A DNA stretch of 64,000 bases from Treponemataceae bacterium (GCA_963667725.2 CAXXHO010000003.1:2208001-2272000); one strand, 5' to 3'; counted from the first letter of the stretch, positions 35,212 through 44,473 are shown. Program-made: numbers and translations. The notes: generated by a model from the sequence alone, not told the origin.

Positions 35212-37119
35212 TTATTCTTTCCGGGATCCGAAAAGGTCCTGAAGCCTGCCGAAGAAACCGCGCGGCGTTTCCCCTGCGGGCGGAGTCTCGGTTTTAGGCG
35301 ACGCAGGCGCCGACGCCGGTGTCTGCGGTTTGGCTTCGACGACGGGCTTGTCGGCCTTGGCGGCGTTCACGCCGGGATTCGCTGATGATCCGGCCGCCGG
35401 ACCGCGACGGCGCTCGGGACTGCGGCGCTCGGGACTGCGGCCTTCCCGATCCTGGCGATCGCTTTCTGGTCGGCCTTTTCGCCGAGGATCGCCCCTGCCC
35501 CCATTGGCCGCGGGTTTCTGTTCGATGCGCTTGCCGTACTTTTTCCTGTACAAGGCCATGCGTTCTTCCATGGACATCGCGTAGGGATCCACCACGGGGA
35601 AATGTTCGGCTCCGGCCTGACGGGTTTCGGCCTTGCGAGGCTCAGCCTTGCGAGGCTCGGCGCGACGGGGTTCGGCTTGGCGAGGCCTGTCCTGCCTGAC
35701 CGCGGGCTGCGGCTCGCGGCGGCTTTCATCGCGCCTGTCTTCGTCGCGGCGGTCTTCCCTTCCCGGTCGGTCATCTCTTCCCGGCCTGTCGTCCCTGCCG
35801 TGACGGTCGCGATCGAATCTGCTATGGAAGCGGGGTTCAGGCGACTCGATCGTCCGACCGGCGCTCATATCCTTGGGCAGTTCAATGTTCGCGTCAAGGG
35901 GCGCGACGGAAAGCGAGGCGTCCACCATGCGCTGGATGGCGGGAATCCCGTACATATAGCGCTCGCAGACGAGGTTGTAGAGAAGGGCATCCGGATCCTC
36001 CCGCTTGAGGAAATTGAGACGCTCGAAATAGAACTCGGGTTCTAGAGGAATATCGTAGTTGACGACGTTGAGGAACTCAGGCCTGGTCAGGCCTTTCGCG
36101 CCTTCGTCCGTGAGAATGAGGACGAAACTGTCGGCGGGGAAACGCGAATCGGGAACCGCGACTGCGGCGACTTCCGTAGCCGCGGGAGCTTCCGAGACAT
36201 CTACCTCATCCCCAGCCAGAGCCGGCTCCGGCTCGCCGCGCTGCCCGGTCCAGGTCAGCGCCTTGGTGATTATCTGGTTTTTCCTGTCGGGATTGAGATT
36301 GCCGGCGATATAGTCCGCCGTGACGCCGTTCATGGCAAAGCGGGCAGAAAGCTCCGAAGCCATGGATTTCAGGTTGCAGAAAACGCAGATATGGTGATTT
36401 TCTCCTTCCTGCAGCAGATGGAGGATGAATCGGATCTTGTCGGCTTCCTGTATCTCGCGGGATATGGTGGAGGTAGTGCCGGCGTAGCCCATCGCCTCGC
36501 CCAGCTTTATCTCCTTCGGATTGTCCGCGAAGTCCCAGGCGAAGTTCTTGGCTCTGGGCGTATGCTTGTTCGCGATGACGAGGGATTTCCGCTCCCATGA
36601 AGGCAGAAGGCTGCCCTGAAGCTTCCGGAGCATATCGCCCGGCAATTCGGCCATCTGGTCTGCCTGATCGGCGATGACAAAGCCGTAATCCCTCGGCACG
36701 AAAGCGCCGGTGGGGATGAGGTCGTGGAAGGTCTGGACCGCGCTATACAGAAGCTGCGCGTTCCTGACCTCATCGCTTCCCGCGTTGTCCCTGTCGAGAA
36801 GAACGGGTTTCGCCGTACCAGTCAAGCCTTCCGCCATTCTGAGCGCGGTCCCATGCGCCGCCGCAGCCGAAGCTTCGTCGATACAGAGGTACAGGGCTTT
36901 TCCCTTCAGGGCTTCGTGTCCGGCAAGGGTGAGCCAATAAAGGGCAGGGAAGCTGAAAATCTCCTCCCTCTCCTTCTGGATGTCCGTCCTGACGAAAAGA
37001 TTTTCATTGGCCTCGAAGAGTCCCGCAAGCAGCCTCTCGAAAAAGATCGACCGATATGCATTGGATGCGTCGGCGCCCGAAAACAGCGCCGCGTCGATGG
37101 AAAAACGCGATAAGTCCAT
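35212..37119 (-). CDS. Degenerate DEAD-box (RhlB-like) helicase homologue with Arg/Asp/Glu-rich tail
   Basis: Colinear remnants IADQADQM, VFCNLK, ILTDEGAKGL, VVNYDIP and LVCERYMYGIPAI; catalytic motifs substituted. Confidence 0.7.
   Translation of the reverse strand: MDLSRFSIDAALFSGADASNAYRSIFFERLLAGLFEANENLFVRTDIQKEREEIFSFPALYWLTLAGHEALKGKALYLCIDEASAAAAHGTALRMAEGLTGTAKPVLLDRDNAGSDEVRNAQLLYSAVQTFHDLIPTGAFVPRDYGFVIADQADQMAELPGDMLRKLQGSLLPSWERKSLVIANKHTPRAKNFAWDFADNPKEIKLGEAMGYAGTTSTISREIQEADKIRFILHLLQEGENHHICVFCNLKSMASELSARFAMNGVTADYIAGNLNPDRKNQIITKALTWTGQRGEPEPALAGDEVDVSEAPAATEVAAVAVPDSRFPADSFVLILTDEGAKGLTRPEFLNVVNYDIPLEPEFYFERLNFLKREDPDALLYNLVCERYMYGIPAIQRMVDASLSVAPLDANIELPKDMSAGRTIESPEPRFHSRFDRDRHGRDDRPGRDDRPGREDRRDEDRRDESRREPQPAVRQDRPRQAEPRRAEPRKAEPRKAETRQAGAEHFPVVDPYAMSMEERMALYRKKYGKRIEQKPAANGGRGDPRRKGRPESDRQDREGRSPERRSPERRRGPAAGSSANPGVNAAKADKPVVEAKPQTPASAPASPKTETPPAGETPRGFFGRLQDLFGSRKE
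35402..35810 (-). repeat. Short intragenic tandem repeats (GRDDRP, AEPRK, RSPER)
   Basis: 15-18 bp imperfect tandem units in the low-complexity tail. Confidence 0.6.
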
Positions 37120-37268
37120 ATACGTTCCTAAACTATAAAAATATGTGCCCGGATCTCCGGGGACGCTTCACTTCACAGATAAGCGCTTGATAATACCTTA
37201 CCTGCAAGGGAAAGTGAAGATAGAGGCAGGAGCGACGAATGAACGGACCCGGCAGGTCTATCGATGCA

Positions 37269-38990
37269 TCATGGAAGAATGACCCGTATCTTGCAGCCGG
37301 TTCTCTCGGCGACGAATATTCTGCCTTCGGGATCGACGGATAGCCCCTGAGGATAATAGAAGGAGGCTTCGAGCGCTTCGCCATCGACCGACAGGGCAAT
37401 TCCTGATCCGGCGATCGTTGTTACTTCGTTGAAGTGACTCATCCGCCTGATCCTGTTGTTGCCTGTATCGGCGATATAAAGGCATCCGTCCGGGCCTGGC
37501 GCGACCCCACGGGGGGCATTGAATGCCGCGAGCGAACCAGTGCCGTCGGCAGATCCCGAAGCCGATCCCGCGAGCGTGAACACATTCCCTGATGAGTCCA
37601 CTCTGCGTATCCGATGATTGTTGGTATCCGCAACGACAAAAGATGAGGAGTATTCCGGCAGCGCCGACAAACCGCCAGGTTGATTGAACAGGGCGTTCGC
37701 GCTGTTGCCATCAGCCCAGCCAGGCGAGTCCGCCGTTCCGGAGAAGGTGGTCACCGCATAGGGGGATGTTGAGCTGATCCTGCGGATCGTATGGTTCAAC
37801 GTATCCGCGACATAGATATATGTTGCGAGAACCAGAATCCCTTTCGGCGTATCGAATTGGGCCAAGATCCCTGATGTGCTGTTCGCGCTTCCCGCCGTTC
37901 CCGTTCCCGCTATCGTGATCACTGTTCCGTTTGAGATCGTTACCTTTCGGATGGCATGATTTCCCGTATCGGCGACATAGAGCGCGGTGTCTCCAGAGAT
38001 AGCGATCGCCGAGGGCTGGTTGAATGCCGCCCCGGCCCCAAGGCCATCCTGAAACCCCGCCGTCCCGGAGCCAGCGAGCGTGGAGACCACCCCGGCGGGG
38101 CTTATTTTACGGATGCAGTGATTGTTCGCGTCAGCTACGTAAAGATTCCCGCTATAATCCATGACGATATCGCTCGGCCAATCGAACCTTGCGTGGGTTC
38201 CCGTGCCATTCAACAAGCCGCTGTTTCCGCCCGCGAAAGTCCTGACCCCGGGGCGCAGCATCATCTCGGACGGATCCATGACCCAGTTGACCGTCGTCGT
38301 TTTCCCCTGGGCTATGAAGACTCTGGCGAACTTCGTCCACACCGGTTCCGGTCCAAAACTCCCATCCGACATCCTCACTTCGAGATCATAAGCCCCCTGC
38401 GAAAAGGACATCGGACCCGCAATCGTGGCCGAGGAATAATCCGTCGACATGGCTATGGTTCTTTCAGCCCCTGAACTCGAGGTCATCACGGCATGGAAAT
38501 TGGGTTCGCTCATGGCGCCGGCCGGCCACGACAGGTTCATCGCCAGACCTCCCGTTCCATCCAGGGGAAGGCAGGATAATCTCGTGCTGGTTGTCTTGGC
38601 CTGAACCAGGGTGGCGATCACCTCCGCTGAATACCCCAATGCATCCCCTACCGCGTTCTTGGCCGTCGCGCTGAGCGTCCAGGGCCCCGGCGTTAGGCCG
38701 ATTCGCGTATACTGGGACGATGAATGATCAGTCACGGAGAAGCTTTCTCCATTGGGCCCCGTGCCCGCGATGTCATACAGGGAGGCCTCCAGGTCCATGG
38801 AGGGAAGGATGATCTTGGCTCCCTCGGGCGGCTCGAGTTCGATGACGAGCGTTGTCTGCTTGAGAACGTCGCTCAAATCGGCCACTAAGTCATCGAGGGT
38901 ACAGCCCCATGCCGCGAGGACCAACAGGCCGATTGCCGCGAACGCCAACCAAAGGCCGCCTCTTTTCGCTATCCTGTCTCCGTGATTCAT
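37269..38990 (-). CDS. NHL-repeat (beta-propeller) lipoprotein
   Basis: AGGAGG RBS; lipobox AWGC; six repeats of the type FNxPxG...YVADTxNHxIRK. Confidence 0.85.
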   Translation of the reverse strand: MNHGDRIAKRGGLWLAFAAIGLLVLAAWGCTLDDLVADLSDVLKQTTLVIELEPPEGAKIILPSMDLEASLYDIAGTGPNGESFSVTDHSSSQYTRIGLTPGPWTLSATAKNAVGDALGYSAEVIATLVQAKTTSTRLSCLPLDGTGGLAMNLSWPAGAMSEPNFHAVMTSSSGAERTIAMSTDYSSATIAGPMSFSQGAYDLEVRMSDGSFGPEPVWTKFARVFIAQGKTTTVNWVMDPSEMMLRPGVRTFAGGNSGLLNGTGTHARFDWPSDIVMDYSGNLYVADANNHCIRKISPAGVVSTLAGSGTAGFQDGLGAGAAFNQPSAIAISGDTALYVADTGNHAIRKVTISNGTVITIAGTGTAGSANSTSGILAQFDTPKGILVLATYIYVADTLNHTIRRISSTSPYAVTTFSGTADSPGWADGNSANALFNQPGGLSALPEYSSSFVVADTNNHRIRRVDSSGNVFTLAGSASGSADGTGSLAAFNAPRGVAPGPDGCLYIADTGNNRIRRMSHFNEVTTIAGSGIALSVDGEALEASFYYPQGLSVDPEGRIFVAERTGCKIRVILP

Positions 38991-39298
38991 GACACCTCCT
39001 CCTGAGCCGCTGCTGAAACGCAACACGGAGCGTCCTCGAAAGACGCCCGCGCCCGATATTGGAGATGACTTTTTTTCTGGATGGCCGGCGAATCGAACCG
39101 CTTACCTATTCTCTTTATTTATATACGATTATAGGATCAGAGGCGCGCAAAGTAAACCATGATATCCTCAAGGCGTTTCGGGGGATGGAACCTTATTAAG
39201 TTGTAGATATATCGATACAAGTATATAGTAATTTTTAGAAACCTGTGCTAGAATCTGTCCGGAAAAATCCAATCTACTATTAAACTGGGAGTTTCTTA

Positions 39299-41317
39299 AT
39301 GAGCATTTCCAAGAAAATCCTTATCCTTGGCGGCGGTTACGGCGGCGTCAAAGCGGCGAAGATCCTTGAAAAGCATTTCAGGAAAGAGCCGAATGTCGAG
39401 ATAACTTTGGTCGATATGCGCCCCTTCCACACCCTCATGACCGAACTGCATGAAGTCGCCGGATGGAGAACAGAACCGGAATCCGTCCAGGTGAGCTTCA
39501 AGAAAATCTTCGGCGCGAGGCGCATCAATGTCGCGCTGGACAAGATCGTGAAAGTGGACTTCGAGGCCAAGAAGGCCTTTGGAACCGTGGGCGAGTACGC
39601 TTTCGACTTCATCGTCGTGGGCGTCGGCGCCGAGCCCGAATACTTCGGCATTCCCGGCATCAAGGAAAACAGCTTCTCGCTCTGGTCCTTCGAGGACGCC
39701 ATGAAGCTGCGCAACCACGTCGAGCACATGTACCTCGAGGCATCCAAGGAACTGGACGCCGACAAGCGCAGGAAGATGCTCACCTTCGTGGTGGCAGGCG
39801 CCGGATTTACCGGCATGGAACTGATCGGCGAACTTCTCGAGTACCGCGACGTCATGTGCCGCAAGCTCTACATCGATCCCAAGGAAGTCAGGGTCGTCAA
39901 TATCGAGGCGCTGCCCACGATCCTCCCCATTCTCGAGGAACCGCTGCGCGTGAAGACCGAAAACTATCTCAAGAAGAAGAACTGCGAAATCCACCTCGGA
40001 ACGGCCATCGTCGGCGCGGAACCCGGCAAGGTACTCCTCAAAGACGGCAGCATCTTCGAGACCGATTCCTTCATCTGGACCTGCGGCGTCAAGGGCTCCA
40101 GCTTCGCCGGCTCCCTCGCCCTGCCGATGGGCAAGCGCAACCGCATCGAATGCGACAAGGGCATGCGCTCCACCCAGTACCCCAACGTCTACGTCGTCGG
40201 CGACAACGCCGGCCTCATGATGGACAACGGCAAGCCGATGGCGCAAATCGTCGAGTCCGCGCATTTCTCCGCCGAGACGGCAGCCAAGAACATCATCGCC
40301 GACATCGAGGGCGGAGAGCGCCACGAGTTCAAGCCGAACTACCATGGCTTCATGGTGTCCCTCGGCGGCCGCTACGGCGTCGCCAACGCCATGAACCTCA
40401 AGACCTCCGGCTTCATCGCCATGTTCATGAAGCACTTCATCAACATGTTCTACCTGTTCACCATCGCCGGCTTCAATCAGGTCTGGGAATACTTCAAGCA
40501 TGAATTCCTCGACATGAAGAACAAGCGCTCCTTCATCGGCGAGTTCATCTCCTACAAGGTCCGCGGATACTGGCCCCTCCTTCTCAGGATGTGGCTTGGA
40601 CTCATGTGGCTCTTCGAAGGCATCAACAAGATCGGCGAAGGCTGGCTCAATTTCGCCAAAGGCTCCAGCTCCAGCTGGATGTTCTCTCCCGGCGTCGTGC
40701 AGAAGGGCGTACAGGTAGCCGAGGCGACTAGCGCCGCCAGCGCGGCATGGGAAGGCGGGGCGGAAGCCACGACCACCACGATCGCCGCGGCGACGAGCGC
40801 GGCCAGCGCGATGGCCGACACGACGGCGACCACGATAGCGGCGGCCACTAGCGCTGCATCGGGCGCCGTGACGGACGGAGCCGCGGCTGTCGCCGACACC
40901 GCGACCAAGGCTTTCAAGGCCGTCTGGGATCTCACGAAACCCATTTTCGACCCCAGCTCGGGCATAGTCACTTGGTTCAGGACAACCTTCATGGACGGCA
41001 TCTTCGCCTACCTGCCCTTCAGCTTCTTCCAGATCATGATCGTCGTGATGGAGATGGCCATCGGCCTCGCCCTGTTCGGCGGATGCTTCACCTGGATCGC
41101 CGCGGTGGCCAGCATAGGAATGTGCCTCATCTTCACGATGTCGGGCATGTTCGCCTGGAACCAGCTCTGGTTCGTATTCGCCGCCATCGTGATGATGGGC
41201 GGAGCGGGCAGGGCCTTCGGATGCGACTACTGGCTCGTTCCCCCCGTCAAGCGCTGGTGGAACGGCACGAAGTTCGCCCGCAACTGGCATTTCTACGGCG
41301 ACGATCCCACGAAATAA
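39299..41317 (+). CDS. ndh: Type II NADH dehydrogenase fused to a C-terminal DoxX/DoxD-like membrane domain
   Basis: GGGYGG, TELHEVA, GAGFTGMELIGE, WTCGV and VVGD motifs; C-terminal LLLRMWLGLMWLFEGINK...EMAIGLAL...GAGRAFGCDY. Confidence 0.85.
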   Translation: MSISKKILILGGGYGGVKAAKILEKHFRKEPNVEITLVDMRPFHTLMTELHEVAGWRTEPESVQVSFKKIFGARRINVALDKIVKVDFEAKKAFGTVGEYAFDFIVVGVGAEPEYFGIPGIKENSFSLWSFEDAMKLRNHVEHMYLEASKELDADKRRKMLTFVVAGAGFTGMELIGELLEYRDVMCRKLYIDPKEVRVVNIEALPTILPILEEPLRVKTENYLKKKNCEIHLGTAIVGAEPGKVLLKDGSIFETDSFIWTCGVKGSSFAGSLALPMGKRNRIECDKGMRSTQYPNVYVVGDNAGLMMDNGKPMAQIVESAHFSAETAAKNIIADIEGGERHEFKPNYHGFMVSLGGRYGVANAMNLKTSGFIAMFMKHFINMFYLFTIAGFNQVWEYFKHEFLDMKNKRSFIGEFISYKVRGYWPLLLRMWLGLMWLFEGINKIGEGWLNFAKGSSSSWMFSPGVVQKGVQVAEATSAASAAWEGGAEATTTTIAAATSAASAMADTTATTIAAATSAASGAVTDGAAAVADTATKAFKAVWDLTKPIFDPSSGIVTWFRTTFMDGIFAYLPFSFFQIMIVVMEMAIGLALFGGCFTWIAAVASIGMCLIFTMSGMFAWNQLWFVFAAIVMMGGAGRAFGCDYWLVPPVKRWWNGTKFARNWHFYGDDPTK

Positions 41318-41357
41318 GGGATTCGCCCGCACTCCCTGCCGCAGCACGAACATAATG

Positions 41358-41402
41358 ACCGGACGTCCCCGATACTGGCATTCCGGACGTCCGGTTTTTT
41401 TT
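41358..41402 (+). terminator. Intrinsic terminator after ndh
   Basis: ACCGGACGTCC...GGACGTCCGGT followed by a T tract. Confidence 0.8.
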
Positions 41403-41434
41403 ATGAAATCCTATTGGAAGGCTTTCGAGGTTAC

Positions 41435-42415
41435 ATGACTGATATTTGGAAGGATTCCCCGATGATCGGGAAGAGACTCGCCGACGTAGAGGCCATACTG
41501 GCCGAGACCTTGAGCGACTCTTCGTACCCCCTCGCGGCCGAAACGAAGGAAATCGTCCTCTCGGGCGGCAAGATGCTGAGACCAGCCTTTGTCCTCATGG
41601 GAGCCGGCTTCGGCAAACAAGGCAAAAAATCAGGCGACCGCGACAGGATAAACCACATAGCCGCGTCCATCGAGATGATCCATACCGCCAGCCTCATCCA
41701 CGACGATGTCCTCGACCGGGCCGATATCAGAAGGGGCGTGCCGACCCTCCATACGCGTTTCGGCGTCACGAACGCCATCCTGGCCGGCGACTGGCTCTTC
41801 TCCAGGAGCTTCAGGCTCGTGGCCGACTACGCCGACAATAAAAGCGCGCGGGTGCTCGCCCGATTCATGGGCAGCGTCTGCTCGGCCGAAATCCACCAGG
41901 ACCTTTCCAAATTCCGCTACGCCACATCGCGCCGCGGCTATCTGCGGACGATTGCGGGAAAAACGGCTGCGCTTTTTTCTCTGTCGCTCCATGTAGGGGC
42001 GAGCGAGGCCAAGGCTGGCGCCACCCTGACCCAGGCATTGAGGCGCGCGGGCTACGATATCGGCATGGCCTTCCAGATCATCGACGACATTCTCGACTAC
42101 GAATCCGACGACAAGACGCTCCGCAAGCCCGTCGGCAACGATATAAAGGAAGGGCTCTGCACCCTCCCCCTGATTTTCGCCATGAAGCGAGATGAAGCCG
42201 CTCTGCGTCCTCTTCTCGGAAAAGAAGGCATGAACGACGAGAACGTCGCTCGCGTACTGAAGATCGTCTCCGACACCGGCGCCCTGGAGCATGCCAGGAG
42301 CGTCGCGCGTCATTTCACCGCCAGGGCGCTCAAGGAAATAGATATGCTCCCCCCCTGCGCCGCGAGGGACGACCTGCTTTCCATCACCCAAAAACTTCTC
42401 ACGCGGACCTACTGA
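41435..42415 (+). CDS. Polyprenyl (heptaprenyl/octaprenyl) diphosphate synthase
   Basis: GGKMLRP, LIHDDVLD (FARM), RRG, KTA and FQIIDDILD (SARM) motifs. Confidence 0.92.
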   Translation: MTDIWKDSPMIGKRLADVEAILAETLSDSSYPLAAETKEIVLSGGKMLRPAFVLMGAGFGKQGKKSGDRDRINHIAASIEMIHTASLIHDDVLDRADIRRGVPTLHTRFGVTNAILAGDWLFSRSFRLVADYADNKSARVLARFMGSVCSAEIHQDLSKFRYATSRRGYLRTIAGKTAALFSLSLHVGASEAKAGATLTQALRRAGYDIGMAFQIIDDILDYESDDKTLRKPVGNDIKEGLCTLPLIFAMKRDEAALRPLLGKEGMNDENVARVLKIVSDTGALEHARSVARHFTARALKEIDMLPPCAARDDLLSITQKLLTRTY

Positions 42416-42440
42416 GGCGGCCGCGCACTAGGGGCTTTTC

Positions 42441-43025
42441 GTGCTTACGAATTTCCTGATCGGACTCGCGCTTTCCATGGACGCTTTCGCGGTTTCGGTG
42501 TCGGCCTCGATATGCACCACAGCCATCCCGGTGGCGATTGGGCTCAGGGCCGCCTTCTTTTTCGGAATTTTCCAGTTCGCCATGCCCATAGCGGGCTGGC
42601 TTCTCGGCGGCACCTTCAAGCAGCTGATTCAAAGCTATGACCACTGGATCGCCTTCGTCCTCCTCGCCTTCGTCGGCGGGAAGATGATCTACGAAGGAAT
42701 CCGCGCCCGGAACCCCCAGAACTGCCCCGACCCCGACGAGGAAAAAAGCCACGGCATCATGAAGCTGAATACCCTCATCGTGCTTTCGGTGGCCACCAGC
42801 ATCGACGCCCTCGCCGTGGGCCTATCCTATAGCATGATCAGTTCGCCCATCATGATTCCGGCCATCGTCATAGGCGCGACCACCTTCGTCACCTGCGCCT
42901 TGGGCATCCAGTTCGGCAGGAAACTGAAGAACGTCCTCGAAGAGTGGGCCGAAATCGTCGGCGGCTCGGTCCTCGTCCTCATCGGACTCAAGATCGTAAT
43001 AGAGCATTTAATCAATCATGTTTAA
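42441..43025 (+). CDS. mntP: Manganese efflux pump MntP
   Basis: LALSMDAFAVS, DHWIAF and ATSIDALAVG motifs; GTG start. Confidence 0.92.
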   Translation: MLTNFLIGLALSMDAFAVSVSASICTTAIPVAIGLRAAFFFGIFQFAMPIAGWLLGGTFKQLIQSYDHWIAFVLLAFVGGKMIYEGIRARNPQNCPDPDEEKSHGIMKLNTLIVLSVATSIDALAVGLSYSMISSPIMIPAIVIGATTFVTCALGIQFGRKLKNVLEEWAEIVGGSVLVLIGLKIVIEHLINHV

Positions 43026-43113
43026 AAAATGCGCATAAATTCGACTCTGAAATTGCTGAATATCAAGCTATACTGTTCCAATGCCGCTGTCGCAAGAGGG
43101 AAAAACAAAAATC

Positions 43114-44448
43114 ATGCTTAGGCGATGGATCCTTGCCGCGGGGATCCTTCTTGCCCTCGCATCCATGCTGCTTTTTGTGGTGGATGTTCGGAATTCGCAG
43201 CGCCAGCGCAATTCGATGGAGTATGCGGCCGACATACTACAGATGCGCGCGAGACGAACCGCGGAGCTGGCGGAAGCCATCGAAACCATTTCCTACCAGT
43301 TCCTCACGAACCAGATACTCAACGACACCTTGTCTTCCTATATAACAGACAGCGAGGATTATGATGTCAGCCGATGGAATGTAATCTTCTCGGAATACAT
43401 CGAGGGATTAGCCGAAACGGTTCCCGAACTACGGGACGCTGTTTTTTTCGATGCCACCGGAAAAAACCGAATTCCGCTGACGATGAGCGATTCGCTGACG
43501 CGCTCGCTGTGGATTCCGGTGAGAGCCGCGATAATGGGTAAAGCGCTCATAGCGGACGGGCGGACAACATGGGGAATACTGAGCGGCGGCGGGGAGTTCG
43601 ATGAACAGAGCGACGGCCCGACGCCCTCCATCCTCCTCTGCGCCCGTCTCATCAAGCGCAGATCGGACCACAAGGCTCTCGGTGTTCTCATACTTCTCAT
43701 CGATCCGGACAGGCTTGCCAGGACGGTGAGCGGCTACTCCCAGGACGAGGGCATCGCCGTATCGCAAAAGACCGATTACAGCGTTCTGATGGAGGGGCAA
43801 GGAACCATACTCGCCTCCGTGGATCCCGCCTTCGCGATGAAGCCGGTGGCGGAAGCCATACCAGGCTACAAGGAGCACTTCAGCGGCAAAACACCCATTG
43901 CCGAGGCTGGAAGCTATAAGTACCGGGCAGTCATGGGCGAAAGCGGGAAGACGGCCTCGTACGGGGTTGTCTATTGCCCCATTCCCGATAGGGAATGGAC
44001 GCTTATCTCAATATTGCCACTATCGAGCAACGTGCTTTCGATACTAGGGAAGATCGCCCTCGGCATGGGCTTTTTAGGCGCCATCTGGCTTATATACTCA
44101 ACATTAAGGAATCTGGCAGCGGACAAAACCGTCGCCGTCGAAGCCTCGGCTTTACGCTCCAAACAACTCACCGAACTGCCCCCTTGGTATTCCGCGCTGA
44201 CGCCCAAGGAGCAGACCATCCTCCTCTTCCTTCTTACGGGGAAGAGCAACAAGGAAATAGCCTATCTGCTCGACATCCGCGAACAGACCGTCAAGAATCA
44301 CCTTCATGCCATCTACCAGCAGATAGGCGCCAAAGACCGATTCTCCGCCCTCATACTCATGCAGGAAGCAGGACTCACCCTCGAATCCCTGCGTCTCTAC
44401 ACCGAATCGCACCCGGAATTCTGCGCCGATTCGCGTCTTTTCTGCTAA
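43114..44448 (+). CDS. Membrane-anchored sensor domain fused to a LuxR-type HTH (one-component regulator)
   Basis: N-terminal TM, ~290-aa Cache-like region ending WTLISILP, second TM, then LTPKEQTIL...GKSNKEIA...TVKNHLHAIY. Alternative start 43081. Confidence 0.8.
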   Translation: MLRRWILAAGILLALASMLLFVVDVRNSQRQRNSMEYAADILQMRARRTAELAEAIETISYQFLTNQILNDTLSSYITDSEDYDVSRWNVIFSEYIEGLAETVPELRDAVFFDATGKNRIPLTMSDSLTRSLWIPVRAAIMGKALIADGRTTWGILSGGGEFDEQSDGPTPSILLCARLIKRRSDHKALGVLILLIDPDRLARTVSGYSQDEGIAVSQKTDYSVLMEGQGTILASVDPAFAMKPVAEAIPGYKEHFSGKTPIAEAGSYKYRAVMGESGKTASYGVVYCPIPDREWTLISILPLSSNVLSILGKIALGMGFLGAIWLIYSTLRNLAADKTVAVEASALRSKQLTELPPWYSALTPKEQTILLFLLTGKSNKEIAYLLDIREQTVKNHLHAIYQQIGAKDRFSALILMQEAGLTLESLRLYTESHPEFCADSRLFC

Positions 44449-44456
44449 AAAGCCCC

Positions 44457-44473
44457 AAAAGTACCAAAGTACT
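44457..44473 (+). promoter_or_regulatory. Candidate LuxR-family operator
   Basis: AAAAGTACCAAAGTACT is both a direct repeat (AAAGTAC x2) and an inverted repeat (AGTAC-N4-GTACT), upstream of the ABC operon. Confidence 0.45.

Noticed and set aside
39296..41353. 685-aa antisense ORF opposite ndh (and similar long shadow ORFs, e.g. 10356-12149, 9053-10336, 50620-52026)
   Set aside because: They mirror well-supported genes, have no motifs or RBS, and are expected from high-GC codon bias.
42416..42440. yybP-ykoY manganese riboswitch expected before mntP
   Set aside because: Only 25 bp separate mntP from the upstream gene, so there is no room for one.
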